DNA of 64,000 nt from Candidatus Marinacidobacterales bacterium (GCA_965219415.1 CBDCNP010000002.1:2688001-2752000); one strand, 5' to 3'. Positions 50,389-60,904 are shown, counted from the first letter of the stretch. Program-made: numbers and translations. Notes: generated from the letters alone by a model not told the origin.

Positions 50389-50430
50389 TCCCGCCGAAGC
50401 TGCTTCGCTCTTCACTCGTGAAGGCGGGCT
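50389..50430. repeat. REP-like palindrome
   Basis: CCCGCCGAAGC...GTGAAGGCGGG between tRNA-Ala and the pckG stop. Confidence 0.55.
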
Positions 50431-52163
50431 CACCCCAACCGCTTCCTCAAACCCTCCAACTCTTCTTCCAGCGCGCGGGGCAAGCGATCTCCAAACTTTT
50501 CGAAGAACTCTCTTAGACCTCCGACTTCTCTCTCCCAACCCTCCTTGTCTAGGCGCAAGAGCTCTTTCATCCTTGGGGAAGGTACGTCAAGGCCATCCAA
50601 ATTGATAGCATCGGGGGTCGGTACCCAGCCGATCGGAGTTTCTTCAGCCTTCCCCTTCCCCGCCGTTCGCTCGAGAATCCAAAGCAAGACACGTAGATTC
50701 TCGCCGAACCCTGGCCACAAGAACCGGCCGTCCGCATCGGTCCGGAACCAGTTGACGTGGAAGATGGTCGGAGGCCGACTCGCTCGTTGCCCGAGGGTCA
50801 ACCAATGGGCCCAATAATCGGCCATGTGGTACCCACAGAACGGAAGCATCGCCATCGGATCCCGCCGAACGACGCCGATCTCCCCGGTCGCCGCGGCGGT
50901 GGTTTCGGATCCCATCGTGGCAGCGACGAAAACCCCATGCTGCCAATTGTAGGATTGAAAAACGAGCGGCGTGAGCTGAGCCCGACGGCCCCCGAAAATG
51001 AGTGCTGAAATGGGAACGCCTCTCGTTTCCTCCCAGCGCGGCGAGATGCTCGGGCACTGACGGGCAGGAACTGTGTATCGCGAGTTCGGGTGAGCCGCTT
51101 TTCCGGAACCATTGTAAGGCTGGTTCTGCCAGTTGATAAGCCTCTGTGGTGGAGCAGGATCCTTACCCTCCCACCAAGGCTGGCCGTCATCCGTCATGGC
51201 GACGTTGGTGAAGATCGTGTTCTGCCGGATAGCTTTCATCGCATTGGGATTGGTCTGGTCGTTGGTACCCGGAGCCACACCGAAGAAACCCGCCTCCGGA
51301 TTCACGGCCCACAAGCGCCCGTCTTCACCGATCCTCAGCCACGCGATGTCGTCACCGACGGTGCGCACCTTGTACCCCAGCTGCTCGAGCGGGCTGATCA
51401 ACATGGCGAGGTTGGTTTTTCCACATTGGCTCGGGAAAGCAGCCGCGATGTAGTCGATCTTGCCGCCCGGCTGCTCGAGCTCCAGGAGCAACATGTGCTC
51501 GGCCAACCACCCTTCTTCATAGGCCATGGCACTCGCAATCCGCAGCGCGAAACACTTCTTGCCTAGAAGCGCGTTTCCCCCGTAGCCCGAACCGATGCTC
51601 CAGATGAGCCTCTCCTCGGGAAAGTGGCAAATGAAGCGTCGGTCGGGAGAGAGATCTCCCAGGGAATGGAGGCCGGGTGCGAACTCGCCGCTTTGACGGT
51701 ATTCATCGAGGGCAACCTTTCCCATTCTCGTCATGATCCGCATATTCGCGACCACATACGCGCTGTCGGTGAGTTCGACTCCTACTTTAGCGAACGGCGA
51801 CCCAGGAGGACCCATCAGGTACGGCACGACGTACATGGTGCGATTGTTCATCGCCCCTTCGAAGAGCGAACCTACGTTCTGCCGCGCTTCCGCGGGGGCC
51901 ATCCAGTTGTTGGTGGGCCCAGCCTGCTCCTGATCCTCGCTGCAGATGAAGGTAAGGTGCTCGGTTCGGGCGACGTCATTGGAGTCGCTAATGTGAAGAT
52001 AGCAATGTGGCCACCATTCGGGGCTCAGCTCCTTTAGCGTTCCATCATCCAGCATCTCCTCGATGAGTCGATCATTTTCTTCCTCCGAACCGTCGCACCA
52101 CTCGACCCGGCTGGGGCCGGTGATTCGAGCCGTTTCTTCGACCCATCGTTCTAGCTCTCCCAT
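50430..52163 (-). CDS. pckG: Phosphoenolpyruvate carboxykinase (GTP)
   Basis: GSGYGGNALLGKKCFALR, WLAEHM, FPSQCGKTNLAM, GDDIAW, HPNSRY, FHVNWFR. Confidence 0.96.
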   Translation of the reverse strand: MGELERWVEETARITGPSRVEWCDGSEEENDRLIEEMLDDGTLKELSPEWWPHCYLHISDSNDVARTEHLTFICSEDQEQAGPTNNWMAPAEARQNVGSLFEGAMNNRTMYVVPYLMGPPGSPFAKVGVELTDSAYVVANMRIMTRMGKVALDEYRQSGEFAPGLHSLGDLSPDRRFICHFPEERLIWSIGSGYGGNALLGKKCFALRIASAMAYEEGWLAEHMLLLELEQPGGKIDYIAAAFPSQCGKTNLAMLISPLEQLGYKVRTVGDDIAWLRIGEDGRLWAVNPEAGFFGVAPGTNDQTNPNAMKAIRQNTIFTNVAMTDDGQPWWEGKDPAPPQRLINWQNQPYNGSGKAAHPNSRYTVPARQCPSISPRWEETRGVPISALIFGGRRAQLTPLVFQSYNWQHGVFVAATMGSETTAAATGEIGVVRRDPMAMLPFCGYHMADYWAHWLTLGQRASRPPTIFHVNWFRTDADGRFLWPGFGENLRVLLWILERTAGKGKAEETPIGWVPTPDAINLDGLDVPSPRMKELLRLDKEGWEREVGGLREFFEKFGDRLPRALEEELEGLRKRLG

Positions 52164-52344
52164 TACACCTCCTGATACGGCTAGCGCGGGCCTATCCTAG
52201 GAATCCTGACGCGGTTCGTCAAACACGCTGGGTTCTGGGGTGCATACAACAGCGGTAGGTAGGAGAGCTGAAACAAATCGAATTAGGATCCACTTGGCGA
52301 AGCTGAAGTGACCCCGCTTTCGTGGACAGGTTAAGAGTTAGGGA

Positions 52345-53196
52345 TCAAGCGTCGCGATAGTACCTCCTTTCGAATTGGATAGGCGAGCAATAGTCGATGG
52401 CGGAGTGTCGTCGTCGCGGGTTGTACCAGCCTTCGATGAAATCGAAGGTCGCCATGCGCGCCTCAGCGTGGTAGCGAAACGACCGGCGCTCGATCAGCTC
52501 GCACTCGAGCGTCGCGAAGAAGCTCTCGCACATCGCATTGTCGTAACAGTCCCCGACCGAACCCATCGACGGTCGCACCCCGGCCTCCCGGCATCGCTGG
52601 CCGAACGCTAGTGACGTGTACTGCGTGCCCTGGTCCGAGTGATGGATGACGTCGCCGGGCTTGCGTTGGAACAGCGCCATGTCGAGGGCGCTCAAGACGA
52701 GCGACGTCCGCAGGTGGGTAGCCATTGCCCATCCGACGATGCGTCGGCTGAAGGCGTCCAGCACGACGGCGAGGAACAAGAAGCCCGACCACGTGGGCAC
52801 GTAGGTGATATCGGCGACCCACAGGCGGTCGGGCCGGTCCACCTCGAAATTCCTGTCGACGAGATCGGGGGCGGGACGGGCGTCGTCACAGCGAATCGTA
52901 GTGTGCGCCCTCTTGCGCCGGTGAACACCTTGAATGCCAGCCTCGCGCATTAGCCGCGCTACACGCTTGCGTGAGACGTGGAGCTCGTGTGTCTCTCGTA
53001 GCTCGTGGAGAATCCTCGGCGCGCCGTACGTGCTCCGCGACGCGGTGTGAATCGCCCGGATCTTCTCAAGCAACTCCGCATCCGACACCGCGCGGGCCGA
53101 CGGGGCACGCTCAAGCCACGCATAGTAGCCGCTGGCGGAGACGTCCAGCAGTCGGCACATCGTGGCAACCGGTAGTGAATCCTGGTTCGCCCTCAC
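52345..53196 (-). CDS. IS3 transposase OrfB (DDE)
   Basis: YGAPRI, LWVADITY, HHSDQG, DNAMCESFF, YNPRRRHS. Confidence 0.93.
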   Translation of the reverse strand: MRANQDSLPVATMCRLLDVSASGYYAWLERAPSARAVSDAELLEKIRAIHTASRSTYGAPRILHELRETHELHVSRKRVARLMREAGIQGVHRRKRAHTTIRCDDARPAPDLVDRNFEVDRPDRLWVADITYVPTWSGFLFLAVVLDAFSRRIVGWAMATHLRTSLVLSALDMALFQRKPGDVIHHSDQGTQYTSLAFGQRCREAGVRPSMGSVGDCYDNAMCESFFATLECELIERRSFRYHAEARMATFDFIEGWYNPRRRHSAIDYCSPIQFERRYYRDA

Positions 53197-53507
53197 GAAT
53201 CGGAAGGCTTCGGTGGTACCGACTCGGTCTCCCGAGCGAACCAGGCCGCGGCTTTTGAGAGGATCTCCCGCTCCAACCGTAGTTGACGGTTCTCCCGTCG
53301 CAGGCGGCGGAGCTCCGCACGCTCCTCACTCGTCAGACCGTCCTGCCTGCGACCCTCGTCGAGATCCGCCTGGTTCACCCAGTTCCGGATCGTCTGGCCC
53401 GAGGGCTCAAACTCTCGCGCCAGCTCTTCGGAGCCGCGGCCAGCTCGCACCAGCTCTACCATTTGGCGCCGGAATTCGGCCGCGTATCTGTTTCCCTGCT
53501 TTGACAT
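53193..53507 (-). CDS. IS3 transposase OrfA
   Basis: YAAEFRRQMVEL...TIRNWV...LRRENRQL..EREILSKAAAWFARE. Confidence 0.92.
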   Translation of the reverse strand: MSKQGNRYAAEFRRQMVELVRAGRGSEELAREFEPSGQTIRNWVNQADLDEGRRQDGLTSEERAELRRLRRENRQLRLEREILSKAAAWFARETESVPPKPSDS

Positions 53508-53586
53508 CGTGGACTCCTGTCTCCCAAAGGATTAGGTGTCCACGAAAGCGGGTCAAGTCCAAAGCCTTCGATTGAAGGCTTCCGTT

Positions 53587-53922
53587 CTAGAGCTTGCTCT
53601 CGACGAAACGGGCCAAGATGTTCTGCTGCCGTCCTTCGATGCCGCGGAACTCGATTCCCACGCGGTAAAGCGTGGCGGTATCTCCGGGTTCTTTGGGTTC
53701 GCAGTTTCGCACCACACCCTTCAGATCTAGGTCCTCGCCGTCCACACTGAGAGTGAATTCGTACTCGGATCCCACATTCACCGGCACTTCCAGTTCAGCC
53801 ATCATTCCATTGGGTGAGATTTGAAGAACGTGAGTTTCCAAATCGATTTCGAGCTGTCCAGGAACGCCACCTTGGGCTTCGACGCGGGGTGCGTGCCGGC
53901 GTTCTTGATTCACGTCACTCAT
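53587..53922 (-). CDS. PilZ domain protein
   Basis: ERRHAPR, QISPNG, YRVGIEF. Confidence 0.8.
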   Translation of the reverse strand: MSDVNQERRHAPRVEAQGGVPGQLEIDLETHVLQISPNGMMAELEVPVNVGSEYEFTLSVDGEDLDLKGVVRNCEPKEPGDTATLYRVGIEFRGIEGRQQNILARFVESKL

Positions 53923-53945
53923 TTCGTCCGTCCTTCTGCGCCCGC

Positions 53946-54348
53946 CTACCCCGCGCGCTCACTCGACAGGTGAGCGCTCACTGCAATTTGGGACAGTCTT
54001 TCGACCGTTTTGTGAAGAGTTTCCTTTTGAGCGTCGCCGATCGCCTGGAATTGCAGCGCCGCACGATACTTGATGACGGTCTCTCCACGCTCGTTGCGCT
54101 CGAAACCGTGTACGTAGCTTCGTATCACTTTCCCCTTTGACCTCGAGTTGCTCCGTCGGTCCGACGGCGAGCCGCAGGGTATACAGTGTCTTCGGCTCTA
54201 GAACACAGGGGACTTCGAGCAAAGCTCCTTCCACGGAGAGATCGACAACGGGAGCAGCCGAGACGGTGTGGATCTTCCCTTTGACTTCGCCCTTCAACGG
54301 TACCCTCGGATATTTTCTTCGCTCACGACCATCCCACTCCTCCGCCAT
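53946..54348 (-). CDS. PilZ domain protein (frameshift near 54133)
   Basis: ERRKYPR, DLSVEG, YRAALQF; +1 G in GGGG. Confidence 0.75.
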
Positions 54349-54559
54349 CACTCTCCTTCTTCTCAGTCCTCGTGCCAAACGATCAACGCCCGAGGCGGAG
54401 AAATTCCTCAGGCCAAAGCTTCAGTTGCTATTTTTACCGGATAGAACACTGTAACGCTTTCTCACTGGGTTGGCAAGGGCGTCAGGCTCTGGGCCGGCAT
54501 ACAGCCAGCCTAAAGCCAGCCTAAGGGCTGTCCAGGCCTGTGTGCTCGGCGCCAGTGGC

Positions 54560-55816
54560 TCAATGAAGGGTGCGGGTCTTCTTGTTGACGTAGTCCATGA
54601 GGACGTAGTGACCGAGGGACGCGGGTGTCGTAAAGTAGGCCTTACCCCGAACGATCTCCGTCACTTTCTTCACGAAGTTCACCAGCGAGTAGTCACGCGC
54701 CAACATGAAGGTATTGATGAGAACTCCGGAGCGCCGGCACGAAACGACTTCCTTGAAGGTCTGGTCGACGATCAGGGGATCTAGCCCGAAGGGATTCTTG
54801 TAGATCCGCCCGTCATCCAACGTGAGTGCGGACGGTTTCCCATCGGTAATCATGACTATCTGACGCATGTCTTTGCGTTCGCGAGCCAGGATTCGCTGCG
54901 CCAGCTTCAATCCTTCACAGGTATTGGTATAGAACGGTCCTACCCGGACGCGGGCAAGCTGTGACAACGGTACTTCCTCGGCGCTGTCATGAAAGAGCAC
55001 AAGATGAAGGCTGTCGCCCGGGTATTGAGTGCGGATGAGATGGGAGAGAGCCAAAGCCACTTTCTTGGCGGGTGTGAATCGATCCTCTCCATAGAGGATC
55101 ATGCTGTGGCTGCAGTCGAGCATTACTACCGTGGCGCAAGAGCTCCGGTATTCCGATTGATGGACGTGTAAATCGGAATGAGTGAGCTCGATGGGCACGC
55201 CCAAGCCGTTCCGCCGGACCGCGGAGAGAAGCGTGTGAGACACATCCAAGTTGAGTGTGTCACCGAACTCGTACCGTTTTGAGCTGCCTGTTACTTCCAC
55301 GCCGGTCGCCAGCTCTCTCGTCTCATGTTGTCCGAAGCTGGCTTTGCCGAGACCCGCGAGCAGATCCTTCAGCGTCTTGAAACCCAGGAAGTCCACGGTC
55401 TTGTCGGTGAGCTCGAACTTGACCCTACCTCGCGACGGCTCCACTCGGCCCGGCTCCGAAGTTTCCATACTTCCGAGCGCGGTACCGGAGTCGGCAGGCC
55501 CCACGCGAACGTAACCTTCCTCTTGCATTCGCTCGATGAGCTCGTTGAGAAGCCGGGCCAGCTCCGAGTCTTCGAAGTTTTCTGCTTCCGACAGCATCCG
55601 CTCTACGTCTTCTTGGGAGAGAGCTCCTTGCTCCAGCAAGGCCTGTAGGATGGCTTCTCGAAGCTCGGCCATCGATTGATCGCCAAGCTGGTAGAATCCA
55701 TAGGCGTCTTGGAACCCACTGCGCAAGAAGTAGTCCGATAGCTGCTGCATCAGATCCTCGAGCGATAGATCTTCTAGGGCCTCTGGACGGAACCGGGAGT
55801 ACTTGGTAATCGACAA
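54560..55816 (-). CDS. VWA domain protein
   Basis: MIDAS DCSHS, TNT..GL, ITDG; partner of the upstream AAA ATPase. Confidence 0.9.
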   Translation of the reverse strand: MSITKYSRFRPEALEDLSLEDLMQQLSDYFLRSGFQDAYGFYQLGDQSMAELREAILQALLEQGALSQEDVERMLSEAENFEDSELARLLNELIERMQEEGYVRVGPADSGTALGSMETSEPGRVEPSRGRVKFELTDKTVDFLGFKTLKDLLAGLGKASFGQHETRELATGVEVTGSSKRYEFGDTLNLDVSHTLLSAVRRNGLGVPIELTHSDLHVHQSEYRSSCATVVMLDCSHSMILYGEDRFTPAKKVALALSHLIRTQYPGDSLHLVLFHDSAEEVPLSQLARVRVGPFYTNTCEGLKLAQRILARERKDMRQIVMITDGKPSALTLDDGRIYKNPFGLDPLIVDQTFKEVVSCRRSGVLINTFMLARDYSLVNFVKKVTEIVRGKAYFTTPASLGHYVLMDYVNKKTRTLH

Positions 55817-55826
55817 CGTCTTGACC

Positions 55827-57305
55827 TCAGTTCAAATGTCGCTTCGCGGCGTCGATAGGCTCCATGCCGATCTCCGGGTGCTGCCTCTCGGTACGAGTGA
55901 AACGCCGCTCCTCGCTGCGGCTGATCTTTTTCATGCCCGCTAGCCCTTCGAGAACGAACTCCGCCGCCGCCACAATCACCGCGGGTGAGTCTTTCTTTTT
56001 GACGCCGAGCAAACTAACTTTCTCAGCTAGTCCTTGAATTTTTTCCAGGCTGGCCAAGGCCTCCTTCGCGGGCGTAGTATCTGGCAGCTTCAAATAGCCA
56101 CCCATCTCGAACCACTCGATGACCTGGTTCAGGTCTTCACCGCCTAAGTACTTTCGAAAAGTCTGGCCGACGGCGTTACGGACTAAATCCCGTGACACAA
56201 CTTCCGCACCCTTCAGCTCGCCCTCGTAGTCGAGCTCGAGTTTTCCCGTGATGGCGTGCAGCGATGCGTATACATCCGAGACGCGGGGAACGATCTTCTC
56301 TTCTTGATGCAGAATTGCTCGCCGCTCGGCGTTCGAGACGACGTTTTCCAACAAGGTGATCGGCAACCGCTGGCTTACTCCTGACCGTTGGTCGATACGT
56401 CTGTCCTTCCTAGCCTGAATAGCGACTTCCTCTACGACCTCGCGAAGGTAGTAGGGCACGAGCACCTTGTCTTCGTGCCGTTCGGTCCATGCCTCTTCTC
56501 GCGTGATGGATACCGCCTGCTCGAGCGTGTTCGGGTAGTGGGTGCGAATTTCCGATCCCAGACGGTCCTTCAGAGGAGTCACGATTTTTCCTCGGGCGGT
56601 GTAGTCCTCGGGGTTCGCAGTGAACACCATGAGGACATCTAACGGCAGGCGGATCGGATAGCCTTTGATTTGAACGTCCCCCTCCTGAAGAATGTTGAAC
56701 AAGCCGACCTGAATCTTTCCGGCGAGGTCGGGAAGCTCGTTGATGGCGAAGAGGCCTCTATGCGCGCGGGGCAAGAGGCCGTAGTGGATCGTCAACTCGT
56801 CGGAAAGATCGAGTCCGCTACGCGCGGCGCGGATCGGATCCAGGTCACCGAGGATGTCTGCGATCGTGACGTCGGGGGTCGCCAATTTCTCGACGTAGCG
56901 ATCCTCCCTGGAGAGCCACATGATGGGAGTTTGATCTCCCATTTCGTCGATCTTTTGCCGGCATGCCCGGCATAGGGGCCCGTAGGGGTTGTCGTGAATC
57001 TCGCAGCCTTCTACTGCTGGCAGCTCCGGGTCGAGAAAACGGGTGAGGCTACGGAGGATACGGCTCTTGGCTTGGCCCCTTAGGCCGAGCACGATGAAAT
57101 GATGCTTCGAGAGAAGCGCGTTGACCAACTGGGGAAGAACGGTTTCTTGGTACCCGACGATGCCAGGAAAAAGCTCCTCACCCGCCGCCAGCGCGCGAAC
57201 GACGTTCTCCCGGATCTCGTCGCGAACCCTGCGGCCGAGTCTTTCCTTTGTATAACCACTCGACTTCAAATCGCCCAGGGTCTTGAGTTCCATCGCATTT
57301 TTCAT
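55827..57305 (-). CDS. Mg-chelatase-like AAA+ ATPase
   Basis: GLRGQAKSR, YVEKLATPD, INELPDL, ANPEDYT, DRLGSEIRTHYP. Confidence 0.88.
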   Translation of the reverse strand: MKNAMELKTLGDLKSSGYTKERLGRRVRDEIRENVVRALAAGEELFPGIVGYQETVLPQLVNALLSKHHFIVLGLRGQAKSRILRSLTRFLDPELPAVEGCEIHDNPYGPLCRACRQKIDEMGDQTPIMWLSREDRYVEKLATPDVTIADILGDLDPIRAARSGLDLSDELTIHYGLLPRAHRGLFAINELPDLAGKIQVGLFNILQEGDVQIKGYPIRLPLDVLMVFTANPEDYTARGKIVTPLKDRLGSEIRTHYPNTLEQAVSITREEAWTERHEDKVLVPYYLREVVEEVAIQARKDRRIDQRSGVSQRLPITLLENVVSNAERRAILHQEEKIVPRVSDVYASLHAITGKLELDYEGELKGAEVVSRDLVRNAVGQTFRKYLGGEDLNQVIEWFEMGGYLKLPDTTPAKEALASLEKIQGLAEKVSLLGVKKKDSPAVIVAAAEFVLEGLAGMKKISRSEERRFTRTERQHPEIGMEPIDAAKRHLN

Positions 57306-57370
57306 ATGCTTCGATTATAGAGGATAGACTAAGGGCCACCAAACGACCGGCATTGCTGCCCCCACCCAGG

Positions 57371-57492
57371 CCCTCTCCCAACCTGCCTCCGTCCGCGATC
57401 TTTCAATGACTTCGGCGGGTCCGCCGAAGCTTTAGTGAAGGCACACTAGCGAAGGCGGAAGGGAGAGGGATTAAGGGAAGAAGAAACTATCT
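57371..57492. repeat. Composite palindromic repeat (inverted copy of 49052..49160)
   Basis: CCCTCTCCCAACC...CTTCGGCGGGTCCGCCGAAGC...GCGAAGGCGGAAGGGAGAGGG. Confidence 0.8.
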
Positions 57493-57499
57493 TTTTAGC

Positions 57500-58580
57500 T
57501 CAATCTTCCTTCTTGTAGAGAAAGACGAAGTCTTTGGACTGGTTCTTCACGCCGTCGTGAACCGCGTACTGCCGCTCGCCACTCCACATCGCCACGCCGG
57601 CATACTCACCCCGCTTGTTGAGCACATAGAAGCTCAGCTGGTACGCCGGCCTCCCCTTGCCGTCACGGAGGCGTGGTTCGGTCTTCTCTGCGATCCGCTT
57701 GAGCGCGGCAAGACCAGCTTCCTCGGGACTCATCCCGTTCCTCATGTTCTCGACGATCAGGAAGCTCGAAAGATGCAGGAGATTGGCTTCCCCCCGGCCA
57801 GTGGAGCCACAGGCACCGACTTCATTGTCGACATAAAGGCCCGCGCCAATTATGGGAGAGTCCCCCACTCGACCGGGTATTTTGTAGGCTAGACCGCTGG
57901 TGGTGGTAACAGCGGCGATGTTGCCATTGTTATCGACGGCGTTGCAGTTTATCGTGCCAGTGAGCCTTGGGTTCCGCCTCGCGTCCGCGGAATCGGTTGC
58001 TCCTCCAAGCTCCTTAGGAGGGAGCCAGTCGTCCTTGTCGGAGAGGTTTTCCTTCCACTCCGAGCCAGATTTTTCGAGCCTCGTGTGTCAAGAGATCTAC
58101 TTCCTCGAACCCATGCGCCTTTGCGAAGCGGAGCGCCCCTTCTCCAACCAGGAGAACGTGGTCGGTTCGCTCCATGACGAGCTTGGCCACCTTCGACGGC
58201 GTTTTGATTCCGCGGAGTGAAGCGACGGCCCCCCCACGATTCGTTGGGCCGTGCATCAAGCAAGAGTCTAGCTCGACGACACCCTCCTCGTTCGGGAGAC
58301 CGCCATAGCCCACCGAGTGATCGTTGGGGTCTTCTTCGACGATGTTCACCCCCGCTACTACAGCGTCCAGCGGATCCGAGCCGTCCCGGATCATGGACAT
58401 CGCTAGCTCGGTAGCCGGCAGCCCGTTCGGACTCGAAATGACGACGGGGCGAGACGGACCGGCCCCTTGAGCCCCTTGGGTAAGCCCCGCCGCTTCTGCC
58501 GATCGCGAAAAAAGACCACCTACACCAAGCGCTCCGGCTGCACGCAAGAAACCTCTTCGATTTAGAGAATTCATGCCCAT
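57500..58580 (-). CDS. Ntn-hydrolase glycosylasparaginase / isoaspartyl peptidase with Tat signal (frameshift near 58061)
   Basis: NRRGFL, SVGYGGLP, ELD, GTIN, TTTSG, GRVGDSPIIGAG, TGRGE; RBS AGGAGG. Confidence 0.88.
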
Positions 58581-58594
58581 CCTCCTTCTCTTCT

Positions 58595-60736
58595 TCAATA
58601 AGCTGGTTGAGAATCGTTCAAGAGCCAGCCCGAAGGAGGGGGATCTTCGGACCAGCGGATGCGGTCCCGCTGGAACAAGCGCAGAGGCACCAAGGCCGAC
58701 CGCCCCCATTTCGGATCGCGGGCAGAGTCGCGCAGATCCTTACCTAGCGCAATGCTGACCCACTCGCCTCGGTGAAGCAACCGGAGCTCGCCATCTTCGA
58801 GACCGACGAAGGGAAACTCTGGGAGTGCAGCTAGCGCTCGTGCCCTTTGCGTTCTCGTCTCGGTCAACTCCAACGAATTGAGGATTGTCTGACGGACGGT
58901 CTCCTCCAACAGCAAGATTCCCTGACCCTGTTCGACTAGGTCGAAGAGGCCGCGATCGTAGAGCACGAGCTCGCCTGCTCCTTCATCGAGTCGGAAGAGC
59001 CGTTCGCTCTCCCAGCGCTCCTCCACTTTGACCCAGCCCTGGTAGTCACTCTTTTCCGTCAGAACCACGAGCACCTTGCCCGGCGGTGGATGCCACTCAA
59101 GGGGCACGCGATGGAAAACGGCCTCGCCTGCATCGCTTTGGGGAAAGCTCACGGCATTGCCAGTAAGGGCGAAGTAGAGCGCGGTCGCTTCGGAAGGCTC
59201 GATCGCCGCCCCGCCCTCTAGCATCGTGAGAAACGGATCGACCGCCTCCCCCACTCCGAGCGCTGCGAGGCCCCGTGACGCCTCGAGCCAAAAAGTATCT
59301 CCGGAGCGGAGTAGGTCTAGCAAGAGTCCACTCGCTTCCGGAAGTTTCCATTCCTCGGCCACTACCGCCATGGCTGCCCGTTTGGTGGCGCTCGGCTCAG
59401 GTTCCTCAACAATGGAGAGCATCGCTCGAACGACCGATGGTTCGGGTCGCTCGCTGGCAAGCTCGACAGCGCGAAGACGAATCGGATCGTCCGGAGATTG
59501 CAACACCCCCACCAACAGTCGCGTGGGCCCCTCACGCGTCACAACCTCCAGCGCTCGCTCGCGCAACGGAAGTGCGCCGAGAGTCGAACCGAGTATCGCT
59601 TCGAGGCGAGACTCAACCAGGGGATCGGGGAGATAAGCCGACACCACCCGCAGGTGCGCGGTTGCGACGTCGGCATTAGAGTCCCGCGTCTTCTCGAGAA
59701 AGAAGAACCGGAGCTCGGGTCTAGAGCGGATCTTCTCGGCGTCCAGATCCACCGGCGCCAGCGCCTTTCGAACTTCCGGATCGGGGTGATGTTCGAACCA
59801 CGAGAGTAACGGATTCGGCACCCGTGACAAACGCGCCACCAGGGCCGCAGTTTCGACCGCCAACTCGGGAGCCGATGCAAGCTCGTTCAGAACGAAGGAA
59901 ACCATACCGGTCATCGAAGTGTCCGAGGCACCCGAGGCGAAATAGTGCGTGACTGCCAGCAACGTGCGCAAGGATTTTAACGGCGGGTTGTGGAAGCCCT
60001 CCTCCAAGGCCGGGAGGGAAACGGGGCCCAGCTCGATCAAGACCTCGGCCACTAGCAGATTCGCGTCTTCAGCACCGGTGTTGATGGAACGCGCCAGGGG
60101 TTCGGCGGCTTTGCTGACTCCCCGCTCTGCGAGGAAGAGCAACAGCGTGAGTCGAGCATTCGCTAGGTGCCCGCGTGGTTGTTCTTCGAGCTCCTCGGCA
60201 TCGTTTTCCCCTATCTTCTCGACGAGGGTCATAACCGGCACCGGATCCACCGGTGCAGCGAACCCCCGGCTGAGCCTCACGAAACTGGCGACCTGCCGAT
60301 CGAGCAAAGCAGAGTTGGTGAGCGTTGCCCGTTCCAGAAATCCGAGGAGCTCGGGCGTCGTCACCCCTCCAATCTTTCGAAGCGCATACTCCATTTCCAG
60401 TGGGGCATCGGGAAAACCCATTCGGTAGAGCAGAGGCTCCACCGCCCGTCGATCTCCGATCCAACCAAGGATGATCGCGCTCTGTTTTTGGATCTCCAGC
60501 TGCTCGTGCCATAGCCCCGCATACAGCACTTGGAGGGCGAACTCCCCCATGAGAGCAGCTTGCCGCGTCGCGTAGAACGACAGCTCTGGATCTAAAGAAG
60601 CGCTCATCAAATGCCTGAGGCCCTCGGCAGGCTTGCCGGCTCTCCACAACTCCATGCCCTTCGCGTAGTGGTAAGACCCGGGGTTGGTTGGAGCGGTCTG
60701 GAGTATCGCGATTAGGGCTAGAGTGGAAAGAGACAA
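58595..60736 (-). CDS. Exported HEAT-repeat protein
   Basis: Signal-like N-terminus; ILGWIGDRRAVEPL, PDPEVRKAL, GLAALGVGEAVDP. Confidence 0.65.
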   Translation of the reverse strand: MSLSTLALIAILQTAPTNPGSYHYAKGMELWRAGKPAEGLRHLMSASLDPELSFYATRQAALMGEFALQVLYAGLWHEQLEIQKQSAIILGWIGDRRAVEPLLYRMGFPDAPLEMEYALRKIGGVTTPELLGFLERATLTNSALLDRQVASFVRLSRGFAAPVDPVPVMTLVEKIGENDAEELEEQPRGHLANARLTLLLFLAERGVSKAAEPLARSINTGAEDANLLVAEVLIELGPVSLPALEEGFHNPPLKSLRTLLAVTHYFASGASDTSMTGMVSFVLNELASAPELAVETAALVARLSRVPNPLLSWFEHHPDPEVRKALAPVDLDAEKIRSRPELRFFFLEKTRDSNADVATAHLRVVSAYLPDPLVESRLEAILGSTLGALPLRERALEVVTREGPTRLLVGVLQSPDDPIRLRAVELASERPEPSVVRAMLSIVEEPEPSATKRAAMAVVAEEWKLPEASGLLLDLLRSGDTFWLEASRGLAALGVGEAVDPFLTMLEGGAAIEPSEATALYFALTGNAVSFPQSDAGEAVFHRVPLEWHPPPGKVLVVLTEKSDYQGWVKVEERWESERLFRLDEGAGELVLYDRGLFDLVEQGQGILLLEETVRQTILNSLELTETRTQRARALAALPEFPFVGLEDGELRLLHRGEWVSIALGKDLRDSARDPKWGRSALVPLRLFQRDRIRWSEDPPPSGWLLNDSQPAY

Positions 60737-60904
60737 CGGCGGGCTTCCTTTTCTGGATAATCTCCGAGAGATAAAGCGGCGCGGATTGTAACACACGGGG
60801 ATCTCCCGCCCCGCAGAGCCGACGCGACTCTCCAGGTCGCGCTTGCATGCTGCAGGCGGGCTTGATACTCACGTGAAGGTCGGGGCATCGAATCGGAGGC
60901 GATC

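Larger units (their letters stand above)
52304..53561 (-). mobile_element. IS3-family insertion sequence, apparently intact
   Basis: TIRs TGAAGTGACCCCGCTTTCGTGGACA / TGTCCACGAAAGCGGGTCAAGTCCA; 4-bp target duplication AAGC (52300-52303, 53562-53565). Confidence 0.93.

Noticed and set aside
49500-50430. Integrative element at selC or tRNA-Ala
   Set aside because: No integrase and no duplicated tRNA 3' end in the window; both 3' flanks run into ordinary genes.
54560-57305. AAA ATPase + VWA pair as a novel system
   Set aside because: A known, widespread two-gene arrangement; nothing unusual in motifs or context.
13640-58070. Many frameshifted genes (near 13652, 16950, 23378, 24137, 42357, 54133, 58061) as programmed frameshifting or genome decay
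   Set aside because: Almost all are one extra base in a short homopolymer and both halves look conserved, which fits long-read consensus error. No slippery heptamer with a downstream structure was seen. Read polishing would settle it.
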